From Amoebidium appalachense (taxonomy: Eukaryota; Protista; Ichthyosporea): a stretch of DNA of 64,000 nt. Below, one piece after another: positions 17,212 to 46,340 of this stretch; position 1 is the stretch's first letter; every line of letters starts with the position of its first letter. The notes beneath the pieces were generated by a model. The model did not search any database, was not told the DNA's origin, and saw nothing but the letters and a program-made list of their open reading frames with translations. Position numbers and translations under genes: made by a program. The stretch is taken from NCBI GenBank assembly GCA_963693365.1, contig CAVNZM010000013.1, positions 3,004,722 through 3,068,721 on the forward strand, in the 5' to 3' direction.

Positions 17212-17388
17212 GGGAGGGGGGGGGGGGGGGGGGAGACGGAGGGAGGGGGGGGGGGGGGGGGGGGGGATGACTCTCCCGAACTTCCTGCCAGAACTATTCG
17301 GGTATGCTGGTGATATCTCGTCGAAATCCTTTAGAGCCATTTAAATAGAGGGAGGGGGGAGGGAAAGGGGGGGGGGGGGGGGGGGAGG

Positions 17389-17425
<37 letters not shown>

Positions 17426-17866
17426 GTGACAGGGCGAGGGAGAGGGTGGGGGAAAGAGGGAGGGAGAGAGGGGTTGGAGGGGGGGACAGGGAGGGGAGGG
17501 GAGGGGGGGGGGGGGGGGGAGGGGGGGGAGGGGAGAGAGAGACAGAGAGCGAGAGAAGGGAAAAAAGAAAAGCACTGGCGGGTGTATGCTTTCTAACAGG
17601 CTGGTTGGACCAGGTCCAAAGGGGAGCGAGCATAGACGTCTGGTTGTTTGCAGCCCGCTACGGCGTGCATACATAGACTAAATTAGGAGCTGTGGGTATA
17701 TGTATGAAGGGTTGATTGGTCTAATCTGTGCGCCTGTAAATCATGACCAAGCAGCCGATGATGCCTCTGAATCAGGAGCTGGTAGGCTATACTGTCCTCC
17801 TCCCCCCCTCCCCCCCCCCCCCTCCCCTCGGCTATTGTTGTTACTATGTGCGTGTGTGCGTGAGGG

Positions 17867-17907
<41 letters not shown>

Positions 17908-18232
17908 GGGGAAGGGGGTTATGTGTACGTGTGTGGGTGGTGTGTGTGTGGGTGTGTGACACTGTGTGTGTGTATGTGGATGGGCGTGGGTTTTTGTGGG
18001 TGAGTGCCAGTGAACTGGGTAGGTGTCACGTGGGTGGTTGAGTGGGTGTGGGTGTGTCCATGTGTGCGAACATGTATGTGCACACGTGCAAACGTGCATG
18101 TGCCAATTGCGTGGGTAGGGGGACGTGCATGTGCATGCGTGCGTGCGTGTATGCGTGTGTGCGCGTGTGCGCATGTGTGCGCGTGTGCCGCACGGTATGC
18201 GCGTGTGCGCGTGCGTGCGTGCGTGCGTGTGC

Positions 18233-18302
<70 letters not shown>

Positions 18303-18962
18303 ATGTGCGTGTATGCGTGAGTGCGTGAGTGCGCACCGGTGTGGATGTGTGCGGGTTTTTTGGGGGGGTGGGGGGGATGGGGGTGAGCGGGGGCAGGGGG
18401 AGGATGGGAAGCTGTGCAGGGCGGGAAAATGGGGAGCAATGAGGGCACACCATCATTCTCACTCCGGCCCCGCTGTAGCACACACTGTCAGAGGCCTATC
18501 AATGATTTCCATCAAACGTTGAAAAGGCGAGATTACTATTTATTCAAAAGCAAAAGCTTCACTTCACACAAGTTGCACCTCGTATCCAGCCACCACCCAC
18601 AACTTTCAAACCAAAAATGGTCTCCGAAATCTCCTCCCCCATGTTACTGAGTCACTACATTGCAATACATAACCCCCTTGGAAGTCACGTACAGCAATAA
18701 ATCAACCAATCAACAGCCTCCTTTAACGAATGCTCTCCAGGGCCCACCGGCATACCGTATACGGGGTAACATGCACGGAAATTGTGCCCAAATTCGGAAA
18801 TTGGGTGCCTCCTATTTAACCTCGATAGTGGCAATTTTTTCATCACAACGATACTTGTGAGGAGCACCAGCTACCATGTGCACATGTGGCACTAACTTGG
18901 CAATAAGTCACCATAGCGAACAATGACGCCGACGCGTGTGTTGTCAAATTCCCGTGAAAAGT

Positions 18963-19776
18963 TTACGGGAAACTCGGGAAACCCGGTATACCAGGAGGCC
19001 AGGAAGGTCCGGTAGGGGGCCAGGGGTTGGGGGTAGTAGCACACACGATTGACTGGCAGTCATAGTAGCATCCTGAGGGGGTAGTGCCTGTCTGTTCGAT
19101 GTAGACACACACGGTTGCCTGCACACCCCAACCGCGGTGGGTTCGGGGGCAGACGAGAAGACAGCGGGTGGAGGAAAAGGTCTGACGGCGGTTGAGGTTG
19201 TGGTAGGCTGCAATGGCGGCAGGCTGGGATGTATGGAACAGGTTAGATGGTGGGGGGGAGAAAAAAAATGAAAAAAAGAAATATACCTACCCTTTTATTA
19301 ATGAAGGTATTTCAAATAGTTTATGCAGCGGACATTCATGGGCAACTCCTCCCCCCCCCCCCCCCCCCCCCCATCCTTCTCCACACCCACCCACCCACAC
19401 CCACACACAAACACGCGCACAGAAACTAAGCTAATGCCTTAAAAACATCACAGGCCTAAAATAAGAGAGGGTGGGGAGGGGGATCGGGGGGGGGAGGGGG
19501 CGGGGAGGGGAGGGGAGGGAGAGAGGGGGAGGGGGGGAATGTTGTCGAATGCCGTGAAAAAGAAGGTCTGGCCCAGGAATTACTTCAAAAAGAATTAACG
19601 CGAACGGAACCTACACTTGCACGGTACACAGAGTGTATGCAGTGTATACTCACGTTAGAGTCATCTGCGGCAGGCACACCAGTACTGCGGGCACAGACGG
19701 CCACCACGAGAAGAAGCAGAAGCAACCCCACAGCACACAGCCCACGGCCCCGCCCCTCCTTGCGCAAGCAGCCCAT
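18963..19776 (-). CDS. Secreted six-cysteine prepropeptide, paralog 3 (127 aa) with Pro/Gly/Trp-rich tail; exons 19776-19654 and 19223-18963
   Basis: Exon 1 MGCLRKEGRGRGLCAVGLLLLLLVVAVCARSTGVPAADDSN, donor GTGAGT, CTAAC branch point, CCCAG acceptor, phase 0. Exon 2 PAAIAAYHNLNRRQTFSSTRCLLVCPRTHRGWGVQATVCVYIEQTGTTPSGCYYDCQSIVCATTPNPWPPTGPSWPPGIPGFPSFP*. Confidence 0.82.
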
Positions 19777-20831
19777 GGTGACAGGATGTCAGTTTTTGAC
19801 TTTGACTGGGTGATGGAAGGGAAATAACTTGAAACGGAACACGGACGCTTGTGCGTTGGTTTCGTGAAAAACAACAGCTCGCGACTGTTGTTGTGTAAGT
19901 GTGCGTGTGAGGGGCTTTATGTACTTTGAGTTCTTGACCTTCATCTGGCCCACAGATTGCAACGCTTAAATTTATTTATAAATCAGATTTAGTAGATCAC
20001 AAGTGATTCGCTGGGGCAAAATCCCTGATGTGAGGACCTCGTATATTGACACCCGTTCCCCAGGGTTGCTTTCCGTCGGCTGTTTACCTGTCACAATTGC
20101 GTGCCCACGTGGTAGAATCGATATCTGCGCAGGAGATGGCATACAGATGGCCGATCATATTGAATAGATATCCGATGATAATTGAATTCGAATCACTTCA
20201 TCACTATCAAAAGGTGACAATCTCCTCTACTTCTCCAACTGTTAACGTGTCTTTACATCCTTCACAATTTACGGAATTGAGAAAGAAAGAAGAAAGGAGA
20301 CGAGCAAAAGCACATAGCATTGCGAGAAAGAGAATATATTGTAGGACAGATCGAGGGCCTCTTCAAGCCCGGTTAAGGGGCCCATGGCTAAAGAGAGCAT
20401 CGAGAGATAGTGTGTGTCTGCGTTCGTGTGTGGAAGGTCAGTGCGGGAACGAGAAAGAGAAATAAAAGAGATCTCCCTCGTTGCTGTGAGTGTACGTGAG
20501 AAAGACAAAAAGAAGGACCGGAAAGAGAGGGAAAGGACGCTGGCAAGAGAGGAGAGAAGGTGTGAGAGATCGAGCTCTTCCTTAGAGCTGGAACAGCTGG
20601 AGATCGGGGAGGAATCGGGGGAGAAAGGGGGGAAAGGGCGCGCCGGCGGTGGCGGCGGCGGCGCGGGGGGGGGGGGGGGGGGGGGGGGAGGGGGTGGAGA
20701 GCTTGGAACTGGGGTGGGAGAGAGATAATCTTCAGAGGGAGGGGAGGATTTTCCGGGGGTGAGCGAAGGAAAGAGGGACGGGGGCAGACATAAGTGCAGG
20801 TATGTCTCGGAGGGGGGTGGGGATAGAGGGG

Positions 20832-20952
<121 letters not shown>

Positions 20953-21966
20953 GCCGAACGGCCTAGGGGTGTGTGTGTGTGTGTGTGTGTGTTGGGGGGG
21001 GGGGGGGGGGGGGGGGGAGGGTACTGTAGGGGGGAGGGAGAGCAATAGAGCCTCAGGGTTGGTGGGGGGAGATAATCTGAGCTCGTGGGTGAAAGAGGAA
21101 CACAGAGAAAGGGTCTTGGGGGGGGGGGGGGGGGGGGGGGGGAGAGAGAGAGAGAGACATAGCTAGGGAGGCTAGGGAGAGAGGGAGGGAGGGAGGGAGG
21201 GAGGGAGGGAGTAAGGGCAGAAATAGAGGAGAGAGGGAGGCAAAAAGGGACGGAGGAATGGAACAAGAGGGATATAGGGGGAGAGGTCGAGCACTGGGGC
21301 CAGAAAGTGAGAGGGAGAAAAGGCAGACTGAATGGTGAAAGAAATTTCTTGATCAACCGTGACATGTATATGGGAGGATTCGAAAGAGACTGGGGCCAGG
21401 CGCCCGATTCTTTTTAGTGAGAGCTACAACACGGCCCACACGCAAACATATCAGCATTAATATGCTCCTCTTAACCCTTATTGCGGAAACTTTCGTACTG
21501 TTCATGGACGCGTTGTACGAGTGGTTGTGATCGTACGTACATGGGCCGGTGGGCGGTGGCGTGTTTTGCAACAAATGTACGCGAAAACGGAGTGAATTCT
21601 TTGAGTTGCTAGATTCACCAATCAATCGCAGGTAAATCAATAACTAAAATAAGATTTTGTAAGCTTGTTCCTATTGGTTTAACGACAAAATAAGCCCCTG
21701 CACTGGCAGGCTGCACCAAGAACTAGACTCGCCAAGCACGCGTGGCGCACCTCACAGTCATTACCAACTCATGCGGCCAATAAATTTCGCGCTCACAACA
21801 CACATATATACATGTTGGCAAGCAACATTACGACACCATATGGGCTGTGTTATGAGAGTTGGTTGATGTGTGCGTGTTTGTGTACATGTATGTGTACATG
21901 TGTACGTGTGTGCGTGTGCGTTCTTCAAATGTGTGCGTGCACCAGTGTTCCTATTTGTGACACCTG

Positions 21967-22064
<98 letters not shown>

Positions 22065-22992
22065 CGTTTGTGTGTGTGTGTGTGGGCGTGTGTGGGCGTG
22101 CGTGCTTGCGCGTGTTTGTGAGTTTGTGCGTGCATGCGTGTGTTTTTTTCCCTCAACTGCAAGCTTGTGTGCATGAATGCAGTGCCTGTGTGTGTGTGTG
22201 TGGAGGGGGGGGGGGGGGGGGGGGAGGGCATGTGGCACTGTGCACGTGGGAGTGCGTGCGTATGTGTGTATGCACGTGCATGTGTCCTTTGTGCGTGTGT
22301 GTGTTCACGTGCCAGCGTGTTTGTGCGTGTGTGGTTGTCTGTGTGAATGCGTGTGCCTGCGTGTTTCTAGGCATGTGTGTGTGCGCGTGCGGCTTTGTCT
22401 GTTACTGTGTCTGTATGTGTGTGTATGTGTGTGTGTGTAGTGCTTGTGCGGGTGTGTGTTTGTCTGCGCACGCTTTATTTGTGTGTGCGAATGCGCATAT
22501 AGTGTGTGTGTGTGTGCCCGTGTGTCTACACACGTGTGTGTATATCTGTGTGCCGCACTATATCACTAAGTTAATATGTATGTTGATCTGAGCCTCAGCT
22601 GCTCGTGTGCTTGTGTGTGTGTTTGCGTGTTTGCCTGTACCAGGTCCGTGACATTTCCGGTAGATCTCCAGCTGTTGGCAATGCATGCAGGCACGCGTGC
22701 CTGCGACACACAAACACGCACAAATAGTCGAAGGGAGGTGGGTGGGCGGGTAGGTGGCCAAGGGGGGGGGGGGGGGGAGGGGGGGGGAGGGGGGTTGGGG
22801 GGTTGGGTGGGGAGAGAGAGAGAAAGAGAGATAGGGAGGGAGAGAGAGAGCTGGAGAGATGCATAAATACAGACAGACAGCCGGAGAGCCTCGGAGCTCG
22901 ACGGAGAGAGAGAGAGAGGAGAGAGAGGGGGGGGGGGAGGGAGGGGGGAAGAGAGAGAGGGCGGGAGACGGGGGAGGGGGGGGGAGAGCGAG

Positions 22993-23238
<246 letters not shown>

Positions 23239-23254
23239 CAGAGAGAGAGAGAAA

Positions 23255-23326
<72 letters not shown>

Positions 23327-23477
23327 CAGAAGAAAGGCTTGATTATTTTTCTTGTTCTGTTTTCATTTTTTCATTTTTTCTTTCCTTCTTAGTTCTTTCT
23401 TTCTTCCTTTCTTCATTAATCTTTCTTTTCTTTATCCTTCTTCTTATTCTTCTTCTTCTCCTCCTTCTTTTTTTTTT

Positions 23478-23518
<41 letters not shown>

Positions 23519-23807
23519 GGGACGGGTGGGGAGGGGGGGAGGCAGAGAGGGATGAAGCGGCTCGTCCCGGCCGATAATGATCTCAGCAGAACAATGCCGC
23601 TTCATAGCAATACTATGCGCATGCACTGTGTGTTAAACTTTCTCCGGAGTGCCTGTTTTATTGCGTGGGTGCATGTGTGCATGCATGAGTACGTGTGTGC
23701 TCTTGTTGTGTTGTGTGTATATACATGCATGTGCATGTGCATTTGTGTGTTGTTGTGTGTGTGCAAGTGTGTAAGTGCGAATGTGTGCGCATGTGCATGA
23801 CCTTGTG

Positions 23808-23881
<74 letters not shown>

Positions 23882-23915
23882 CGTGTGTGCGTGCGTGTGT
23901 GTATGTGTTTGTGTG

Positions 23916-23956
<41 letters not shown>

Positions 23957-24006
23957 TGTGTCTGATGATATGTGCGTGTGTGGGCGAGCTACTGAGTGTG
24001 TCTACA

Positions 24007-24040
<34 letters not shown>

Positions 24041-24233
24041 CTGTGTGTGTGCGTGTTCAACGGGTGCATGCGTGCGTGCGTGCGTGCATGTGTGCGTGTG
24101 TGCGTGGTTTTTTCTGTGTGCGTATGCCAATGTGTGCATGTGCGTCTGTGCGCGCGCGCGTGTGTGTGTGTGTGACACTGCTGACGGTGTATGTGTTTGT
24201 GTGCGTCACGGTGTGTGTGCGTGCGCCATGGTG

Positions 24234-24320
<87 letters not shown>

Positions 24321-24721
24321 GTTGTACATATGTGCGTGTTTGTCTGCGTTTGTGTGTGTGTATATGCATGCGTGCTTGCGTTCGTGCGTGCGTGTGTGTT
24401 TGTGTGTGTGTGTGTGGTCCGGTTAGGGTGCGTGTGCGTGTGGCGTGTGTGCTTGAGCAATATCGTGTGTACGCGCATGCCATCCCGGCCAGCCCCATAA
24501 ACGAGCGAGAAACCACGTGTCTGATACATGACCACAAGTTGAAGTACACCCCTCACACTATTGTAAGATTGTTCACGCGTTTTATTAAGACCATCACCAG
24601 AACTTTAATTTTGCCCCTCAGAAAGTCCATAAACCATTACTAGTACTAATAAGTATTAGTAGCTAATTCAACTAAGTTTGGGTGTGCGCCAGCGCACTAG
24701 CTGTGCGCACCGGCATCTAAT

Positions 24722-24944
24722 CAGGGTTGGGCTGGGATTACAGGCCCTAGGCCTGAGCACTGGTCGGGGCTCGATATTGCACTGCAAGAGAGCTGCAGAT
24801 AGGTTCTTGAACAGAAATATTGAAAAAATATTTTACGCTAAACACCTAATACGAAAGCTGTTACGACGGCACCCCAACCTTATTCGTATCGGGGTCCCTC
24901 GTTAATCGTAATTACGACGATTTTCTTTCGTAATCCCTACCCTG
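24722..24944. mobile_element. hAT-type MITE (223 bp)
   Basis: 8-bp TSD CATCTAAT at 24714-24721 and 24945-24952; TIRs CAGGGTTGGG / CCCTACCCTG. An 8-bp TSD with CAG-starting TIRs is typical of hAT. Confidence 0.85.
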
Positions 24945-25664
24945 CATCTAATATGCCGTGATTGGATCTGACAGGCTTGTAATTCGGATCCCCCATACCC
25001 CTTACCTAAGATTTGGGGTCTTTTTTGGAAGTGATTCTTTTTTTTGATTGATGGGTGTCGTTTTTCCGCGATTCCGGAATACCAAGTTTGCACACAAGTT
25101 ACAGCGCCACCACCAAATTTTTAAACTCTAGTCTGTAAAATAAAGCTATTAAACCAAATGTTAATAAATAATGAATAAGTTTTTCTAGATGTTTCTGCAT
25201 TGACAAGGTTTAAGTTTGCAAGCCACAAGAAATATCACCAACGCATCAAAAGAAAAAAAACAAAAAAAAACACGCACCACAAGGTGGGTCACAACAAGAA
25301 AGTTTGGAGAGACTATTTCAGAATATGCAACCAATCGTCTTGTGAAACATAATACGTCAATATGTCAGTCATGATATTGCCTGATATTGTCTTCTCGTTA
25401 AAAATAATGTCTGTTCAATCACCGTTTACTCCCCATTTATTATAGCTGTAAATATTTGAATCTGCTTGTTTATATTACTTGGGTCGCCGGTGAGCCAAAA
25501 CCGAGCCCCGAGGCTCCGGGGACTGGGGAGCCGCTGCGCTTGAGACTGAGAGTCGGCGTTTCTTCACGTTACACTCGTTTCTCTCGGTTTTCCCGTTACG
25601 CTTCCCATACTTGACACCTCACTCAACCAAACACACACGGTATCAACACATAAAACTCTTAAAG

Positions 25665-27612
25665 ATGTCTTTACTACAGGAAAGCCCAACTAGCAGCCTT
25701 CTTGCACCCGCTATTCTTGAGCAGCTGCAAAAGCCTGGACTCACGGGCGCGTTTGAAACCATTCATAGCGGGATTCCCATTTCTCCCAACCTGCTAATTC
25801 CACGATACATCTACGAGGGCAAGGGTGGGGAGGAAAATAGGCTGCCAAACAACGGGTTGTGGGCATTTCTTGCTAGAGAGCCAAATGGAGATTTCTTTCC
25901 CGCTGTTTTCTTCGGTCAGGTTCTGCTTACACGCACACCAAACGGCACTATCACATACACATGCAAACTGCACGAACCCACAACATCTTGATGGTCCAGC
26001 AAGCTCACACTGAGTCATGGGGAAAAGATGATGCCCGTTAAACTGGGCAAAGACATATACCCTGTAGCTTTTTCTGTCTCTGAAAATGGCACGGCACAAA
26101 CAGCAGCAACACTCTCAGTTTTAGACACACACACAGACACGAGCGCTAGCCGACAAGCGCAAACACACACACACACGCCTGAACGGGCAAGCCCGGGAAG
26201 ATATTATGGGCTCTATTAGCATCGCCCCGAAAAAGAGTGCTCGGAAAAAGCAGCCGGCCAAGCGTTCTCTACCATACACAGTTAGATCACTTCCATCAAT
26301 TTTTAAAGCGTGTCTGCACCAACCCCAACAGTGCATCCGTGCCAAGCACTGCAACCGAATACTGTCAGTGCCCCTCCGAAGATTCCGACGAGCGAAATTC
26401 GGCTACCACTGGTGATGACATGCAGAGGGAGCAAAGTGGCGGTCACGCATCGATGAAAGCGACACACGCAGAAAACAGTGACACAGCTGAACAGGTAAGC
26501 GAGGGACAAGCCAACACTGTGCATATGGGTGTCCGTCCGGATACAGAGTGCCCCGACCTACCAACCGAGATTGATGTGAAACCGAATATCCAGGAACTCG
26601 AGAAAAAGGGAACGGGGGTATCCTTCCCACCAAACATGCACACCACCATACTCGAACAGTGCGTTTTCAAACGAACAAGAAGTGGTTGCGGCCAAGCAGC
26701 AGGCCCTCCATGGCGTGTATAGTCTATTTCACGGTTGGGAGGAGAGCAAGCGTCTGAGGGATGCGGACCAACGAACAATTGAACTCCAAGCGGAAGAGCT
26801 AAGAAAGCTGCGAAACGAGCTGGACGAAACGAAGCAAAGGGAAGAGACACTAAGGATGGAGAACGAGAAACAGAAGGAGAGTGAAAAAGAGAGGGAGAGA
26901 AAGGAAGAGGAGGGGAGAGAAAGAGAGAGGGAGTATGAAAATGCGCTGAGGGTGTTACAAGTAGAAAACGAGCAACTGATACGTGCCGCCGAAGAAGCGC
27001 GAGCAACGACTGTTACGGAGGCTGGGACCCCGGGAACGATAAATGACCAGAATGCACATGTTGCACCGCAAAAGAGAAATTCGAGTTTGGAAGCAGGGGT
27101 GGAAACCTTGCTGGGGGTGGTGGAAAGGGAAGAGATGCAAGAGATGCGAAGGAAGTTGGAGAGGAAAATGGACCAAAAGGAGAAGGAAATTGCCACGCTC
27201 CAAGAGTCTCCTGGAAAAAGAAAAAAAAAAACAGCGAATCACACGACAGAAATTTCCAGAAAGCAAGGGCACATTGCGATCAACTGAAACTGCGGGTGAG
27301 AGAGTTGAAACAAGCCACCCAGGGGAAAAACGAAACGGTGGCACGGGAAGGAGTGAGCGAGAAACTCAAGGAACTGGAGTTACTTCACAACACAGTGACA
27401 GTGTTGAAGGAGAAAAACACGGCATTGCAAGGCGAATCTTCTTCTTTTAGATGCCAGTTGGCATGTTTAAACGAGGATTTCTCAAACTCACGCAAGCCTT
27501 TAGTCAGGCTGTGGGAGAGGTAGAAAAATTGCGTAGCGAAAATGGGATTTTGCGTGCGCGCGCTGCTAGGCTAACGGCCCCAAGGTTTGGGGAGCCAATG
27601 TGGGACAGGTGA
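25665..27612 (+). pseudogene. Multiply frameshifted gene: globular-looking N-terminus, basic patch, Glu/Lys/Arg-rich coiled coil
   Basis: Coding-like segments hop between frames (25665-25991, 26028-, 26206-, 26237-, 26682-27287, 27296-27523, ~27520-27612), e.g. ELQAEELRKLRNELDETKQREETLRMENEKQKE and KLKELELLHNTVTVLKEKN. Some breaks may be short introns (e.g. ~26617-26659), but not all can be spliced away. Confidence 0.55.
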
Positions 27613-28713
27613 GTGTTTGAAAAAAGCATAAAGCAATAAGATGGGATGCTGACATTCATGGTAGTGGGTGAGTAGATGGTTGTGAATGTGCAGACATCTG
27701 GTTGCGTGAATTTGTGTTTGCGTGTGCCTATGTTGTTTTTATCTTTTTTTTGTTCTTCCTCTTTGGAGACTCTTTGGAGAAGAGGGTTACTCTTAGCCAT
27801 GTCGTTGATAGTAGATGCCGGATGATATACTTTTCTTAGTGGTAAGAGTCCTTAATCATGATGTCGATCGTCCTTCTGGGCTCCTTTAACGTGCCACTGT
27901 GTAGTTGAGCTTACCAACAATAACAGTTACTGCAGCTATTGAGCAGGTCATTATCATTTTTTTGGGGGGGGGGTGTTATAGGGTGTTTCATATATACCTG
28001 GTAAAGCTATTATGCACAGCTGTTCCAGCACGTATCTCGACTATTCAGGATACACAGAATTTTACAACTGTGAACTTATTAGATCTCGAGAATCTATAAA
28101 CGTGCATATACCAGCCCTGTGGCTACTTCATTAAAACGAAGCCAATGGGATGGCACATTGGTTTTCGCTTTAGCTATTGTACATAATTGCATCAGCACCA
28201 GTGCAGAATAACCAGAGCAACAGACGCAAAATTAAGTCATCTGTGTAATACAAGATCAAAAAGTTTATCTGTGCACATCCGTAACCTTGGGCTGACTGTG
28301 CGGCAAAAGAATATGCCACCACACGGATTATCCTACGTAGCTGCCACCTGCTTTGGGTACCAGAACGCACGATTGGCCTTCAATGTTAAATATTCCTATC
28401 TGCCTACATAAAGAGTTGTTGGTGAAAGTCTATGATTTGCTCATGGATGTGCAGAGGGGACAAAGTCCAGAAGGTTTGCAAAGGAAGGTCCGGTGAAGTC
28501 TCAAATTTGTTCGAGCGATGAGCTCGAGCGATGTGTAAGGGTTTAGCGTTGTCGGCAGAGTTTGCCCTCCTCGTGCGGAGGGTGCGTGATGTACCAATAG
28601 GAAACTGCGTTTTCTTATGCGCACACGTTTGATTGGGTTAGAAAGAGCAGTGCAAACACTTCGTAATAAAATAGTGCAACGTGCGCAAAGCGCATAAACG
28701 CGTGACGCGTGAT

Positions 28714-28752
28714 CCAAGGCCTCCTAAAGGTGAGCTATTTAGGAGGCCTTGG
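28714..28752. repeat. Perfect 15-bp hairpin with 9-nt loop
   Basis: CCAAGGCCTCCTAAA-GGTGAGCTA-TTTAGGAGGCCTTGG, ~430 bp upstream of the 14-exon gene start. Confidence 0.9.
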
Positions 28753-29178
28753 TGTCACACGAAGTCACAAGTTGTCTAGGGAACGGGAAGAACGGGCTTA
28801 CAAGGTCTTACAAGGTTCACCTATCAGTATTTTTGCGTAACCCGGCCCCGTTACTCAGTTTATGCAGTTCGTTTTACACATAACATACATTTTCCCTGTA
28901 TTCAGAAAAGACTTTTTGAAAGCATCTGTTGTTGTTGTTGTTGTTCTGTTGTTCTCTAATTGCTTCTAGCAGAAGATCGATTTCGAGGAGGCCTTCACTC
29001 GGAGCTGAAGCACTTGGATGTCAGTCACCTTACAAACTGTGGCATCGAAGACAGATAATAACGAAAAACAGCCTATGCCTCTTGTATTTGCAAATCGCAC
29101 CATTTACACATTAGCCTCCACACTACTGCCTATTCCAGGCCCAGGAGTGTGAACTAAGATCCTCACCACCTTAAAAAA

Positions 29179-43993
<14,815 letters not shown>

Positions 43994-44557
43994 CCATATA
44001 TGGGTTGCACTTGAGCTCTTGCTGCTTATGATGGGATCATGATCAGGTTCATTATGGCCGAATCTTTATTAGGTCATGTTAATGCCCAGAAAAATAGCTA
44101 CGATATTCCGGCTTCTTTTATAAAAATTAAGTAGTGTTGATCTAAGCAATATGATTGATGCAGAGGTGTTTTTCGAACAAGCCATACATATGCATATGGG
44201 TCATAATAATTAAGTGATCAAATCCGGGATGATGGTGGTAAGTATATGTATTGTGTGTGTGTGCGTTGTGCATGCATGATGGTGTGGGCTATAAAAGTGC
44301 AAATATAATATTATGCCTGTAAGGATCTAGGGATTTACGAGATGGGTATAAATATGTGTATGTTTTCGGAAAAAGAAAAATACAAATCGTTCATATTGAA
44401 GGTCGTGTTAATGGCCCGGTTGAGTGCAAATCAGTAAAGAAAACAAAACACATCTGGAATTGCATGGCCTTTCCGGGTAAGAAGAATACTTGCATCACTG
44501 ATCGTGAGTGTCCCCCCCCTTCCCCCCCCCCCTCTCTCCCCCCTCCCCCTCCCCCCC

Positions 44558-44668
<111 letters not shown>

Positions 44669-44799
44669 CGGTGGAAATTCGATCGCGATCGACTATTATT
44701 TGGGCTTCCCTATCTATGCACTCGGTAGAAATATATATACGGATACGTACTTGACTATAAGTGCATTTGATTTCTTTTTACTATTGGTGTGTCCCTGTC

Positions 44800-44842
<43 letters not shown>

Positions 44843-45104
44843 AGGCTCACGTGCACCAGGCCCCACCGGGATTACACTTGGTAAACCAACCTTTGTTTTG
44901 CGCTGTGGGCACTATCTAAGGGTAGTTTCATCAATTAGGAAGTTAGTACCGGGAGAAGAGCAGATCAGTTTTCGTGCTACATGTACACTGAAGAACGCTA
45001 GCTAGCGTTGACTGACGTGTAACAAATGTACCAGCTAATAGTGAGCCCTAACTTGCGGCATAGTGTGTGTGCGTGTGTGATGTGTGTGTGTGTGTGTGTG
45101 AGGT

Positions 45105-45137
<33 letters not shown>

Positions 45138-45152
45138 GATGTGTGGATGTGT

Positions 45153-45185
<33 letters not shown>

Positions 45186-46340
45186 GATGTGTGTGTGTGT
45201 GACACTGTGTGTGTGTGTGTGTGCGGGCGCGTGGTGGTGGTCCGCCCGTGTTGTGGCTGGGTGGTGTTGGTGGTGCCGGTGGTGGTGGTTTTTGTGGTGG
45301 TGGTGGTGGTGGTGGACCAGGTTTGCAATTGTGTGTGTGCACGTGTGCGTGTGTGTATGTGCGGGGGCGGGGGGGAGGGGGGAGGGGGGGCGGGGGGGGC
45401 TCAGGAAAAGCCTTAGCCTCAGGGGCCCCCGGGGGGGAGGGAGAGACGGAGAGGGGAAGGGGGGGGGGGGGGGGGGGGGGGGGAGGCGGGAGAGGCCGCC
45501 CATAGCTAGGGTTTCTATCTCGGGGATAAGCCTTGTTTTTTTGTCACGACAGTAGGACCTGGGTAGCTACTATAGGGTTGTTCTATGAGGACTTCTCATG
45601 ACCCCAGGCGGTAAGTAATAGCGCAGTCGTTCGCAGATACGTATCGTTACGAAGTCACCATGGTAACTGGGCTATCGATAGAAGGTAGAAGGTTGTTGGA
45701 ACAAGGCAGCATAAAACGTCGATCGAACACGAAAGAAAAAAAAAAGAAAAAAAAGAAACGCCGATGTGCACGGCTCACTGAGAATTTTTTGTTCTGTTAT
45801 GGTATCAAATTAACCTAATTTAGCAAATTGTAATAAATAGATTAGTTTTAATTGGTGTATTTCCTCAGGCAGGAGACCATTGGCTCATTTTATACAAATT
45901 CTGATGACCTCAATGGATAGCCACTTGAGAGAAACACCGTTTAGACAACAAATGACTTTGCTGGGACTCGAAGATTTGATTAGGTAAGTCAAGCAAGTAA
46001 TATGTACAGTAATAACTTTAATAGGCTCATTTTCGAAAGAAATTATTGACGCTCTTTCTGCGGCACAAATTGACGGAGGGTTGCCATCCGAGGCTCCCCC
46101 CGCCCTCTTTTTTGCCGACGATATTCAATTTGTGCTTATGTCATCCGATCCTATCGAACTACGGCAATATATTCGTGAACATTGGTGCCAGCGCAACGAT
46201 ATGAAGGTTAACGTCAAAAAGTGTGCCCTTTTATCAAAATCGATACCGGCATGGGACGACGTTTGTATATTCGGCAGTCCCCTCCCTCGCCCGATCGAAT
46301 ATAAGGTATTTGGGGGTTCCGGTGGATGAGTTGGGCATAT

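Noticed and set aside
20414-20728. Charged ORF REREREIKEISL...
   Set aside because: Purine-rich low-complexity DNA grading into (GA)n; no splice-consistent gene model.
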